DNA of 64,000 nt from Paraspadella gotoi (taxonomy: Eukaryota; Animalia; Chaetognatha), in contig CM119264.1 of the NCBI GenBank assembly GCA_051294375.1, forward strand, positions 24,897,952 through 24,961,951, written 5' to 3'. A program made the position numbers and the translations under genes. Below are positions 1-15,920 of the stretch, in pieces. The notes beneath the pieces are model-generated. The model worked only from the letters and a program-made list of their open reading frames with translations. It ran no database searches and was not told the DNA's origin. The stretch's first letter is position 1, and each line of letters opens with the position of its first letter.

Positions 1-2859
<2,859 letters not shown>

Positions 2860-2928
2860 AACGCAACGACCCCCGGCATTCATTTTATTTTTTGCATCAC
2901 CAGCTTACCGTCTCTTCGACCCAATTAC

Positions 2929-3987
2929 GATTTTAGCGCGATAAAAGTTTTAAGATTTAATTGGAAGATGAGATGAAATGAAGTTGAAAGAGTAGATGAT
3001 CAAGAAGATTGAGAGTTGATTAGAGGAGTTGCGAGTTTGGATCGGGAGGTGGAGACAAAAGAAGTCTAGGAACAAGAAAGAATATTTCGGGAAGTTATAA
3101 CAGATTCTGTAAATAACAGAAAGGAAAGGAAAGAAGGTGTAGGAAGATAGTGACGGGTAGTGAGACGGAGGTTCCCCGCCGAGGCAAAGAACGCCAATCC
3201 TATTAACTCGTCCCTCCATTCGACTGACTGGAAGGATGCGCGATGCGGTGGTGATCTGAGTGGTGATCAGGTAGAAGATGGAGTGTCAAAAATGGTCAAT
3301 TGAATGATATAGTCCAGATGCTCCTATTTCCGGAGACAACCAGTGCTACTTTCCCATAATAAAATATAACTAAAATTATAAGATATATAATATAATTATT
3401 TGTTTAAATTTAAAAAAAAAGCAATTGATAATTAATATTTAAAATTTGAATGTTATTTTATTATTTTTTAAATAATAAAACAAGTCTAACACTAAAATTA
3501 AAAAAGAAATCTTTTCGCAATAAAAACTTCCCTTTTTAATTCAATATATATGTGTAATACGGTTATCAAAAATGAGAAATTAGAATTCTACAATTTATGC
3601 TAACATTTCTTTGAATATTATACCACTAGGGATCCTACTCTGGGATTGAATATAACGACTGTGAGAGAGTCTGATTGAAAGCTTGCTAAGGACCTGGCTT
3701 GTCATTATTCTTGGTAAGAGTGATGGAGGCCTTGAAACACCAAAGCCTGTCCAAAATTAGGGCAAGATAGCTTATTTATTAAATAAATGGATACTTTTTA
3801 TATTGGTTGTACCGATTTCATAGTAAACAAGTAATCTTGTCATTTTTCATTGAAGAGAGTCGTAGCTCAGGGTCATGGTGATGGTCAGGTCGGAAGAGGA
3901 GTGCAACGAGGTGAGTCTTTGCATGAAAACGGACCTCACCTTGGTCTTAAAAAGGTGAGAGAAGAGAGAGAGAGAGAGACGAGAGAG

Positions 3988-4039
<52 letters not shown>

Positions 4040-4619
4040 TGAGCGCGATTGACTCCTGCCGGGTTCATGGACGCGATTTAATGGTGCGGTAACAGAACCC
4101 AAAGGTCTTGGTTTTCGACATGTTTCGCCACCTGACGCCGACGTCAATGGCCATCGCCATGACGCAGATGCTGATTGCTGACGCGTTGACAAATGGAGAA
4201 AAGCACGAGTTTTTTTTTAATTAAAAAGGTTGATTTAAAACTGGTTCGTTTTAACTTTATTTATATTGATAACATTTTGCTCGATTTTATTCGTCGTTGA
4301 TAGCTTACATGAATCAAAGTCTTATAAAATATAAATATATATATAAATATATATCTAATAATAAATATAAATATATATAATAAATTAAAATAGACGAGTT
4401 CGTATTTGCCCTTCAATTTTTTTTTAAATTTTATTAGATTTTTTTTCTTCTATCTTCTCTTTTCTCTTTTTTAACGCTTGCCTCTCTTTCCCTCCACTTT
4501 CCTCAGGGCTCACATTTCTGGAAAAGCAGACATTATTTCTTTCCATCGGTTTTAATGTTCTGAGATAGTTCCCCTCTCATTTCTCTCTTCTTCTCCTTCT
4601 TCTCTTCTCTCTCTCTCTC

Positions 4620-4668
<49 letters not shown>

Positions 4669-4774
4669 GTCTTCCTCCTCTCCTTCTCCTGCAGTAAGAT
4701 AAAATTGAAAATTTTAACAGTCTTACTGAGGAGAGAGCAGAGAGAGAGAGAGAGAGTGAGAGAGAGAGAGAGAG

Positions 4775-4812
<38 letters not shown>

Positions 4813-6513
4813 AGAGAGAAGCCGCACACGGTACGAAAGAAGAGAGAGAATATGAGANNNNNNNNNNNNNNNNNNNNNNNNNGGGAATATCTCAGAACAT
4901 TAAAAACGATGGAAAGAAAATAATGTCTGCTTTTCCAGAAATGTGAGCCTTGAGAGAAGTGGAGGGAAAGAGAGGCGCGTTAAAAAAGAGAAGAAGAGAA
5001 GAGAAGAAAAAAAATTAATAAAATTTAAAAAAATTGAAACAAAACACGACTCGTATATTTTAATTTATTATTAGATATATTTATTATTATATATATTATA
5101 TATTTATTATAATATATATTATATATATAATATTATTAATAAGACTTTTGATTCGTGTAAAAAACGTTTCCCAACGACGAAATAAATCGAGCAAAGTGTT
5201 TCATTATAAATAAAGATAAAAACGAACCAGTTTTAATCAACCTTTTTAATTAAAAAAAAACTCAGTGCTTTTCTCCATTTTGGTCAAACGCGTCACAATC
5301 AGGCATCTGCGTCAGGCGATGGCCATTGACGTCGGCGTCAGGTGGCGAAACATGTCGAAAACCAGACTTTGGGTTCTGTTACCGCCCATTAAATCGCGTC
5401 CATGACCCGGCAGGAGTCAATCGCGCTCACTCTCTCTCTCTCTCTCTCTCTCTNNNNNNNNNNNNNNNNNNNNNNNNNNNNNNNNNNNNNNNNNNNNNNN
5501 NNNNNNNNNNNNNNNNNNNNNNNNNNNNNNNNNNNNTCTCTCTCTCTCTCTCTCTCTTTCTCTCACCTTTTTAACGACCAAGGTGAGGTCGTTTTCATGC
5601 AAAGACTCACCCTCGTTGCACTCCTCTTCCGACCTGACCATCACCACTGACCCTGACTACGACTCTCTTCAGATGAAAAATGACAAGATTACTTGTTTAA
5701 CTATGAAATCGGTACAACCAATATAAAAAGTATCCATTTATTTAATAAATAAGCTATCTTGCCCCTAACGTTGGACAGGCTTTGGTGTTTCAAGGCCTCC
5801 ATCACTCTTACAAGATAATGACAAAGCAGGTCCTTGCAAGCTTTCAATCAAGACTCTCTCACAGTCTCGTTTATTCAATCCCAGAGTACATGGATTCCCT
5901 CTCAATGAAGTGGTATAATATTTCAAAGAATGTTAGCATAAATTGTAGAATCTCTAATTTCTCAATTTTTTAACCGTTATTCAACATTATATTGTATTAA
6001 AAAGGAAGTTTTTATTGCGAAAGATTTTTTTTTAAATTTTAGTGTTAGACTTGTTTTATTATTTAATAAAAAATAAAATAACTTTCAAATTTTAAATATT
6101 AATTTATCAATTGCTTTTTTTTAAATTTAATTTAAATAGGAGCATCTGGACTATATCATTCACTTGACCATTTTTGACTCCATCTTCTTACCTGACAACC
6201 ACTCTGACTCACCACCGCATCGCGCATCCTTCCAAGTCAGCGAATGGAGGGACGAGTTAATGGATTGGCTTCTTGCCGGGCGGAACCTCCGTCTCATCCC
6301 ACTCTCTTCCTACACCTTCTTTCCTTTCTTTCGTTTATTTACAGAATCTGTTATAACTTCCCGAAACATTCTTTCTTTTCTGGACTTCTTTTGTCCCACC
6401 TCCCGACCTCTATCAACTCCTCAGATTCTCAACTCCTCAACTTCTCGATCATCTTCTTTCAACTTCATTTCATCTCATCTTCTAATTAATTGTTAAAACT
6501 TATCGTCGCTAAA

Positions 6514-6515
<2 letters not shown>
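2929..6515. repeat. Inverted duplication, arms of about 1.6 kb (2929-4573 and 4883-6515)
   Basis: 4883 GGGAATATCTCAGAACATTAAAAACGATGG is the reverse complement of about 4543-4573; the match continues to about 6515 versus 2929; 25-N gap at 4858-4882 near the axis. Confidence 0.92.
3690..3822. repeat. Dispersed repeat with core AGATAGCTTATTTATTAAAT...TGG...GGTTGTACC(G/A)ATTTCAT
   Basis: Same core in reverse orientation at about 11788-11846 and 44738-44865 (also in duplicated copies about 5700-5830, 18637-18697, 50553-50675). Confidence 0.75.
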
Positions 6516-6544
<29 letters not shown>

Positions 6545-7259
6545 ATCTCTCTCTGGCAAAGCTGAATGGACGAGTCATATAAGAGAGAGAAAGAAAGAGC
6601 GCTAAGATAACATCTTCATTTGAGATGACAATAACAATTTAGTGTTTTGCGACTCGCTCTCGCTATCACTCATCTGCTTTTACTCGAAAATTCAACGAAT
6701 ATACGTATATTGTATTTTTCAACTGCTTTTTTTTCTCACCCCTTTTATACGAACGTCAGCACTACAAATGTTCTTCTCTTTCCCCTCTTACCGCTCACGG
6801 GGGATGTTCTCTCTCTCTCTCTCTAATGGTTTTTTCCCCGGCTGATGCCCGACGCCGGACGGCGTTTCGAGCATTACAGACTTCTCGCCGCCATTTTCGT
6901 GAAATTACAAAATGGCGTCGACCTGGGGAAAAGACGATCCGTCTTGACAGGGAACGTGACGCTAACTCCTGACGGAGAAAACGATCTTGAGATGTAAAAC
7001 AAGACAACATGTTTGAAAAAAAAAAAGACTTCACAATGAGCCAGTAAGTGTAAAGGATGTTTCTCGGAGGGCTAGCAGTAGTATTCGGCTACGTATATAA
7101 GATAAAGTAAAACTATTTCTAATTTATTTAATAAATTATAATTACTTTATTAAATTAAGTACTCATTCGAAGTTACACTCTAATTTATGATATCGTTTCT
7201 GTTTATTCCGAAATCGGAATTAAAATCCTAAGAAGTCAAGCGGGATTTTTTAACCAAGC

Positions 7260-7300
7260 CTCGTGATTGGTCGGTTGCCTGGTCATTCGGCCAATAGAAC
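7260..7300 (+). promoter_or_regulatory. Candidate promoter (ATTGG and CCAAT boxes) for the 7514 gene
   Basis: GATTGG at about 7265 and GGCCAAT at about 7289; followed by a plausible 5'UTR intron (GTAAGG about 7357 to TTTTAG about 7483) before the ATG. Confidence 0.3.
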
Positions 7301-7513
7301 AACGAGTCAAAAACCGCGGAAAAATAATTCAGTTTATTTTTGGATTAAAATTTCGGTAAGGATCAGTTGGTGTTTAATCGATTTCTAGGTAACTGAGTAA
7401 ATGGGTTTTTGTTTTAAAAAAAATGTAAATGCTATAAAAATTCCTAATAAATATTAAGTTTTTATAGCATTAATTATTTTTAGGTGTTTTAGACATTTAG
7501 ACGCGTCTTCACA

Positions 7514-9704
7514 ATGTTTTTACTCGCTTTTGTCGTCGGCCTCCTTTTCGGCTCTTGCCACGGAAGGGACAAACTTTTTTGGCCCGGGGTCGGTGCGGAG
7601 CCTTACCTGACTCACGTAGGCGCGCCGGGGACGCAGCACAACCGCGAGAGGAATGACACCAACTTTTACACCACTAACGCGGACATTCCGAACCCGCCGG
7701 CGCTGAGAGGATTTACTGGGGAACACGGTAATAAAATGTATTGGTTACATCTAAAAATACTTTAATATTCGGTTTTTAATGTTTTTTTTTATTTCCCCCC
7801 CTTTTCTCCAAGGCTCTTACAACTTCTTACGCATCTATCACCAAACGCTCGTTCTTATTGGCGAAGCAAAGCACGGCCTCTGGAGATTTCAAGAGAGTGG
7901 ATTCATCCGAGAATACCGTCGATTCCGGCATCTCGGCCTTCTGTACTTCATGAACCCGGACCACCACTTGCCCGAATCTGGGCCAACGTCCTGAGAATCA
8001 ATTACGCCAGCTACTGGCCGAATGAGGGGCACGAGTTAAGTGATTTGAAGCTGTTGGTTCAAACTACGTTAACCCACTCCTTGATCCATCACTTTTTGAG
8101 CGATTGCCCTTCCATTTACAGGGCTATAGGTACCCGGACAACCCGTACTGGCAGATCTTTATCAACTACATAGATCTGAGCATCTACCACCCCAAGTACA
8201 ATGGCAAATACGAAAATCACGTGGCCATCGATTTGCCCGTTTTCTGTACTCATTTGTCGCAAGATGAATATCCTTACGCTTACAAACTTTGGAAATATGC
8301 CGTCCTTCAACCGCGGGCTAACAAATTTGGTCCCTTAGGTTTGAGAGCAGGTCAGTTATTGTCAAACCTATAATACATTAACCTGTTTTAAACGTTAACA
8401 TTTCGGCGTTTCTTGTAAAAATATAAATCAATTTTAATTCTTACGCGGTACTATATACTGTATATATCTAACAATTAAAAACTATTTACCTAATTTGTTG
8501 CCTTTTACTTTAGGCCTTGACATCACGCACAATTATCTCAACGTGCTCCGAATGGAACTCTTCCCCGACGCCTCCATCTGGGCCAACGTCGGCGTCTGGT
8601 CCGGTACCGACTTCATGCGAACCACACTGGATGACATCGTCAACAGCACGGCGCAGACTGTCAACTATCAGCGCGTCGATCTCAGTTCCATGGACTACGA
8701 GATCTACATCGTCGAACGTCCCATGATGAATATTCCCACACTTTTCGTCGCGCTGGTTATGACCGACAAAAACGACACTTTGTACATGTCGTACGTCCGA
8801 CCGGAGGCGGGCAATCTCTACTGGGAAGGTTTGTTTAGAATTTATAAATTTAGACATGTGCTGAATATTAATTTTTCTTTTAAATCAATGCAGGTTTAGT
8901 GGCCAGAAACAAGACCAACGTCGGGAACGTCCATCTTCCTTACCCTGTCCTTTGGGTCCTCAACCCGACGCCCCAGATTCAACCGATCTTTGGTCTTCCC
9001 GTCTTTGGTCACCTCGAATACAACCGGACCAAGTTTGGTCTCACAGGCGGAGCGTGTCCTCAGATGGGCGGAGACTTCGCCCGTTATCCATATGGCAGAC
9101 CAGGCGCTGGATTTGCTTCTAACTACCAGGAAATCACGCCCATTTGCGACGCCGTGCTGATTGATTTCAAGGTCAACTAAATTTTGTTTTATAAAGTTGA
9201 ATATTTAAATTTTTAAATTTAATATTTTTTTTATCCAGGCATGGACCAATCTGGATATCGATTGGAACGATCCGACTCTCAGCCTCGGCAACGCTCCCTG
9301 CGACACTGACACGCGAAACTACACCATGGATCGCAACGTCTATGGAAACTACACCGACTCGTACCTGGTCTGCTTAAAAACATTACTTTTTTAAACATTT
9401 TACCGATGGAGTTTATAAAGACTAATTTTCATCTTTGATCCAGGTGTCGCTCGGAGCCCAAAATCCTTACTTCGCCGATTTGACCGACGACGGAAAAGTG
9501 ATAGAATACGATGAGGAGCCCAAACCCGAACGCGTCACGGTCCCGCTCAACTTTACGCACAATGGACGGTGGTTGCATTACCTCGCCATTCCCGACGTCA
9601 GCAACGAGGTTAGAATTTTTTTTAGTTTCTTTAGAACTGAATACATTTTATACTAATTTGTTTCTTTTTAGCCCGATCTCTTCGATGTTTCTTTCGATCC
9701 TTAA
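7514..9704 (+). CDS. Secreted glycoprotein of unknown family, 8 exons, about 535 aa
   Basis: Exons 7514-7727, 7813-about 8056, 8122-8350, 8514-8828, 8894-9171, 9239-9367, 9444-9608, 9672-9704 join with GT-AG and matching phases if one base is missing near 7975. Signal peptide MFLLAFVVGLLFGSCHG; several N-x-S/T sequons; ends PDLFDVSFDP-stop. The exon 2 donor is uncertain. Confidence 0.85.
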
Positions 9705-10139
9705 AATTCGTTTCTCCATGGCTCCGTTTTCCGAAAGCAAAAGCTCAACCATTGGATTTTAATAGCTTCATACCAGATTGTATGAATTTTTTTTTTCGTT
9801 CGGCAAAATATTTTTACTCGTTCTTTTACAACCGTGATTTTGCTCTTATGCTACCATTTAGCATCTTTTACCACAGCCAGTGTAACTCGTTTCTATTGTT
9901 ACTTTTTACATATTGGTTTGCAATAAATGACTTCTTTATCAATTTTAAACAGCTCGGTTTATATTTTAAATTGGAAGACCTTTGCTAGATAGTAAACGTG
10001 CTTGCCAGAGGCCGGTCACGTCACCACTAAAATATCAGTATTAGTCAGTTTTTTGCATAATTACAATTTAAAGTTTACATGCAACTAAGTTTCTTGACAA
10101 TAACAAACTATCTGGAAACCGAAAATGATTTATAGTAAA

Positions 10140-11483
10140 TTACCACACAATCACTTTGCCAATCTTTTCAACCTTCCGCCACAATCTGATTTCTTGTAAG
10201 GAGACAAAATTAACGGCTCTCTCTGCATCTTGCAACTCTAAAACTTTAATGCCGTAGCAAAGGTATTCTCCAACTGACTCTTTCGGGATTTCATTCTTGG
10301 AGTGATCTTGGCAGCTGGATATTCTTATATTGAAGGATCCCAAGACTTTCCACCTGAAAAAAGATTTTTAAATGGTTATTTTGTTTTAAACAATCTCCTC
10401 ATAATTGATGATCAAACCATAATTTGGAAGAAGGTTTATATAGATTTGAAGGACTCGGACTTACCCATTGAAACAATGGGGATGATTGGTAGCTACGATT
10501 TCAAACAATTTTGGCATCTGGTACCAAAAGTGATCAGGGTCGCAGCCATCGCGAACTCGAAATGTGACGACGTCGATAAATTTGGGCGACGGAAATCTGA
10601 TGTGGATCATTTGAGGAAGAGCGATGCCGTAAAGAATGGAACTTACTTCGCGTCCACTGTGGAAGGGAGAAAGTATTCAAAATATGGTTCTAAAGATAAA
10701 TTTGAGCATCGTCAAATAGTTTAAAATTAAAAATATAATGAAAGAATTTTGGTAGTTAACATTAGATTAATTCGCTGTCAGAAAAAAAACCTGTGCCATT
10801 CTCTTCCATTTGGACCAAAAACCATCAACGGAGCCCAATCATAACTGAAAAAGAAAGTTAACGAACTGAGAATAATTTAACGTTATCCCGAGAAAAATCA
10901 AAGATTTAACCTTTCATAAATACTCGTCCATACTGCGCTGCATCCTTGGTAATTAACTTCATTGAGGAACTTTTCACCTATAAATTAAAGAAACAAAACA
11001 AACGGATATTTTGAAATACAATTTTTAAAAAAAATGTTTTGATGAACTTCGTGTTGCCAATTTACGGTTTTTTGGGCTCTTTTCCATTAGAACTCCAATT
11101 TTAATTCCCAAATCCTTAAAATTAATTTTTTATATTTGATTTTAATTCATCATATTTTTTACGTTCTTTAACCTTAATTCATAACTTAATCCATATTTTA
11201 AACTTAAAAACTAATTTAATTCCAAATTTGAGGTAAAAATGGGAAAGTTAAGCCGAAAAATTTTACCCGATTTGATTTTTAATTTTATCTAAAATCAAAG
11301 TAACTAGAGAACCGTTCAAGAAGGTTTATCCGATAGGCCAATTTTCTTGTGATGTAAGTATAAAGTCTTACTTTTCAAAGAATCGCTCGACTGCAGTCCA
11401 GGTGGACACAGGAAATTAGATGGAGCAGAATCCGCCAAACTTTTACTCGAAGTCGCGCAAGAAAATAAAATTAGTAAAAGCAT
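10140..11483 (-). CDS. Secreted protein with C-terminal F5/8 type C (discoidin/galactose-binding-like) domain, about 8 short exons
   Basis: Signal-like MLLLILFSCATSSKSLA at 11483. Exons 10596-10465 (FPSPKFIDVVTFRVRDGCDPDHFWYQMPKLFEIVATNHPHCFN) and 10353-10140 (WKVLGSF...YLCYGIKVLELQDAERAVNFVSLQEIRLW) splice in phase and follow the beta-sandwich pattern of this domain. Middle exons (about 10650-11370) need indel correction. Confidence 0.7.
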
Positions 11484-11859
11484 TTTGTCTTTTGCTGTAG
11501 TTTGGAGAAATCGGCCCGAAAACAATGGGTACTAAAACACTAAAGTGATTTATTGTACTAAATTGTATCCGTCCCCTTTTTTTTTTTTGATCGATTTTAT
11601 TTAAGCGAAACATTTGAGACCTAGGAAACGGCCGAGTCGAATTACAATACTAATATTCAAACTACATAGAATTTCAGATATTCCTTTCAAATGAGTCTGA
11701 ACTCAAATTTCGTTTAAACAATAAGTGGATTTAGCAAAAAAAGGTAAAATGGGGAGAAAGGGAGGGCGAGAAGGGAAAATTAGATATAATGAAATTGGTA
11801 CAACCAGCCATAAAAATTATCCATTCATTTAATAAATAAGCTATCTAATAATAAGCTAT

Positions 11860-12100
11860 ATAATGTAATTTGTGTACTTTGGCGTATATTCACAGGCGTA
11901 GTGTTCATCCACAGTCCTAACGACTTTACCTCTGCGTTGGCAAAGCAGAGACGTCCGTCTAGGGTAAACCGCGCAGTGACTGGAGGCGTCACTGAGGGTC
12001 GCAAGCCCCAAAGCACACAGTGAGATGCCCCATCCCAGGGGCATCACAGGCAACCCGGCGTGTGCCATAGTACTGAAGTCATTTGGAAAAACCGCCAAGT
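11860..12100 (-). mobile_element. Structured SINE-like element, probable distant relative of the 30 kb SINE
   Basis: GC-rich island with stems CTCTGC/GCAGAG, CAGTGAC/GTCACTG, GATGCCCC/GGGGCATC, GCACAC/GTGTGC; TGAGGGTCGCAAGCCCCAAAGC resembles TGAGGGTTTGCCATGCCCCCAAGGC at about 30262. Confidence 0.4.
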
Positions 12101-12856
12101 AATAAAAACTGGAGATTTAGCGAATGAGGTTTCGTTTAAAATCTCATTGCTTTGGACTCAAGAAATTACGTCAGGCAAGTAAGTTAGAAAACTTGGAAAT
12201 AGATAATAAATTCATAAACAAACCTGGAAGCTGGAAGAACGTTTTACTTACCATATATACTCTCGCTCTCGCTCTCTCTCGTCTTCTATCTCCAACCAAA
12301 CACGAATAATCTTTCAAAATTTGCTCTCCACCTCATCATAAAAACCACCTCCCTGCGTCTCTCCCACCCCCCCCCCCCAAGTTCACGAAATCCAAACGAC
12401 ATAACGAATTAGGCTAAATTGGCTCTTCCGCTCTCTTCTTTTTTTTTTTAAATTCAATTTCACATTTCAAAATCTCCGTCAGCAATCAGAAGCGTCTCTT
12501 CCATTCATCCCTCTCTGAAATTCCATCGTCTTATCCCTTTTTACTCCATCCATTTTGATCTCCGTCGCGCGATGTCCTTTGTTTCCTCTCTAATTTACTC
12601 GCGCCCTCTCTTCTTCTTTTCTTTATAAAAAAAAAATTAAAATCACCGCCCGTCCTTCATTTTTCTTTCCTTTTGATTCTTGGGACGAGATTTTTTTCTT
12701 CCCTTTTATCCTTTTTATTTTTCTTCCTTTTTGATTTTATTTTTTTTTTGATTTCTGATTTTTTTCTCTTTTTTTTTTCTCCTCTTTTTTTTGTATTTTT
12801 CTACTCTTCTGGTCATCGTTGGTTTTTTTTTCTTTCCGCTTCTCTCGTTTTATCTA

Positions 12857-12929
<73 letters not shown>

Positions 12930-14324
12930 ATCATAATGTTTGGTAAAAGTTAACATGCGCTGAAGAAGACCGAAAAAGAGTCAAAACATGTCCATTTCAA
13001 AAATAAAAACTCGTTGTTTGTAAACAAAAATAAACTTTGTTTTTCTCTCTCAATTTTATTTCGAAAAACTTCGGTAGCGTATGATTTTTTCAAAGTTTGG
13101 TTGCCAAGCAGATTTAAAAATCGACAGATTTTTTGCAGAATTTTTTCCGCAAAAACCTGTCGATTGAGAGAAAAAAAATTACTTGACGCTTTCCATTACA
13201 TTAAAGAATGCGGTTTTTTTTAAATTCGTTAACCTTAGTATATTTCTCATCTATTAAAACTTATAAAAGAGTCAAAAACGAGTTTTAGTTTAAATAAAAC
13301 GCACTCACAAATCCTCACAAATTAAAAAGTAGGCTTAAAAATTTTTTTGCAGCAAATATTAAATTTTTTGCCCTTATTTTTTAAGATACGAGAAGACCAA
13401 CAAAGGATATTTGATTAGAATTGTGACATTTTGAAGTATTTCGTTTAACAAATTGTATAAATGTAAAATGTAAGTTTTTTTTACTGTCAATTTAAAATTA
13501 ATTCATAGGCAAACAATAAATGACTAACGGCAAATGAACCAACTCAGAGGTAAGAAGATTAAGAAAGGACCAAAAGCCGGAGTAAAAAATTTTTCTTCAT
13601 TGATCTAAGCGTTCAAATCTCAAGACAAAAGTCAAAATGGACAAAAATGGACATATTTTTTTATTAAAAGTAGCAAAAAAGATATTGATTCTTGATTAGA
13701 AATGCAGCAGATGATTTTAATTAATCTGTAGTCTCGCCAACTTTGTCTTAGAGTTAAATTTAATCATTTTTGTAGGTAATTTTCTAACAGTATTGAAGAA
13801 AAGTGTTTTTTTGCCTAAATTCCTCGATAGAAATCACTGCCCAAAGAAATCGCTCAACCCCTGATCATCTTTCAAATACTAATAATTTTCTCTATTATTA
13901 CGAAACCTCAAATCAGCTCACCCCATTTTTCCCCCAAGAATATCCCCTCAGATCATATATGATTCATTCGGGCCAGAAATCCCCCCCCCCGTTTCTTTTC
14001 ATTTCTCCATACCAAAGCAGCTCAGCTCGTGGGGCCGATTCGCTCATTTTTCAAATCCTCTCCTTTTTCGGATGCAAGGACTCCCTTCTTACCTTTCGCC
14101 CCTTCACTTCCTCGTTTTTTACTCACCTTCTTACCTTACCTTGACTTGGCTCCGTGGTAATCTCGGTTCCACCTTTTCAATCGTCAAGAGGCGCGGGCGA
14201 CCCTTCTCTCTCTCTTCTCTCTCTCTTTTCTTTCACCTCTTCCTCCCTCGCGGTTTCCATTCCCCGGCTAATGAACGAACGGAGAGAGAGAAAGAGCGCG
14301 ACGGACGAATGAAATATCGGCAAA
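12930..14324. repeat. Segment present in inverted orientation at about 19810-21270 and partly at about 14770-15380
   Basis: 12931 TCATAATGTTTGGTAAAAGTTAAC matches the reverse complement of about 21240-21262; about 14270-14324 matches the reverse complement of about 14790-14850 and 19830-19885. Confidence 0.9.
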
Positions 14325-14743
14325 NNNNNNNNNNNNNNNNNNNNNNNNNAGCCAATCAGAAGCGTCTCTTCCATTCATCCCTCTCTGAAATCCCATCGTC
14401 TTTTCCCTTTTTACTCCATCCATTTTGATCTCCGTCGCGCGATGTCCTTTTGTTTTCCTCTCTAATTACTCGCGCCCTCTCTTCTTCTTTTCTNNNNNNN
14501 NNNNNNNNNNNNNNNNNNNNNNNNNNNNNNNNNNNNNNNNNNNNNNNNNNNNNNNNNNNNNNNNNNNNNNNNNNNNNNNNNNNNNNNNNNNNNNNNNNNN
14601 NNNNNNNNNNNNNNNNNNNNNNNNNNNNNNNNNNNNNNNNNNNNNNNNNNNNNNNNNNNNNNNNNNNNNNNNNNNNNNNNNNNNNNNNNNNNNNNNNNNN
14701 NNNNNNNNNNNNNNNNNNNNNNNNNNNNNNNNNNNNNNNNNNN

Positions 14744-14781
<38 letters not shown>

Positions 14782-15384
14782 TCGCCAGATGATTTTGCCG
14801 ATTATTCATTCGTCCGTCGCTCTTTCTCTCTCTCCGTTCGTTCATTAGCCGGGGAATGGAACCGCGAGGGAGAGAGGGTGAAAGAATAAAGAGAGAGAGA
14901 GAGAGAGAGAGAGGGTCGCCCGCGCCTCTTGACGATTGAAAAGGTGGAACCGAGATTACCACGGAGCCAAGTCAAGGTAAGGTAAGAAAGGTGAGTAAAA
15001 AACGAGGGAAGTGAAGGGGCGAAAGGTAAGAAGGGAGTCCTTGCATCCGAAAAGGAGAGGATTTGAAAAATGAGCGAATCGGNNNNNNNNNNNNNNNNNN
15101 NNNNNNNNNNNNNNNNNNNNNNNNNNNNNNNNNNNNNNNNNNNNNNNNNNNNNNNNNNNNNNNNNNNNNNNNNNNNNNNNNNNNNNNNNNNNNNNNNNNN
15201 NNNNNNNNNNNNNNNNNNNNNNNNNNNNNNNNNNNNNNNNNNNNNNNNNNNNNNNNNNNNNNNNNNNNNNNNNNNNNNNNNNNNNNNNNNNNNNNNNNNN
15301 AAAAATGGGGAGCTGATTTGAGGTTCGTAATAATAGAGAAAAATTATTAGTATTTGAAAGATGATCAGGGGTTGAGCGTATTTC

Positions 15385-15920
15385 TTTATTAATAGTTTTA
15401 AAAGAAAAAGCACGTGGAATGATTGATCATACGAAATAGTAAAGAAAACTATCAAGTAAAGATAACTATGTAAGGATAACTACATTTAACTAAAGAAGAA
15501 CTTATTATCGATTTTTATAAATACCCATCTGAAGTAATGAGTTACTATATAACGATACAAATACTGTGTAACTGGTTCCAAACTGATGTTTGTGAGTTGG
15601 GTCAGAAATGCTTGGGTGAGTCGGTGTGTGAGGCAGGGATGAGGAGTTGAGGGTTTGAGGGTTTGAGGGTAAGTCTTCGCGAATGAAAAATGACTTCCCA
15701 TTCGGGCAAAAATGCTCGGGGAAGAAAAGGCGGACGGTCAGTGGCACTGGTGAACTGGCAATGGTAGACTGGCAGTGGCAAAGGGTCAATCCAAGCAATC
15801 GGAAACTGGGCGGGCGCGAGGACAAACCGACGGGCAACCCTCGTTCGGTTCGTTCGGGCAAAGTCGGGCCAGAGAAACTCCTTTCAATGCTGAGATGAGG
15901 ATTGTGGCGGACGGGAAAGC
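15385..15920 (+). repeat. Segment duplicated at about 21897-22414
   Basis: Shared from CTTTATTAATAGTTTTAAA through GGCGGACGGGAAAGCT. Confidence 0.9.

Noticed and set aside
3620-3760. Resemblance to the Deu/Nin SINE domain
   Set aside because: Only short patches such as GTAAGAG recalled from memory; too weak without an alignment.
10302-10724. 140-aa plus-strand ORF with Walker-B-like NNLLIIDD
   Set aside because: Antisense to the spliced F5/8C-like gene; the motif falls in that gene's intron and no Walker A is present.
11985-12030. Possible hammerhead ribozyme (CTGA...GCAA...AAA)
   Set aside because: Neither copy has the CTGANGA and GAAA core.
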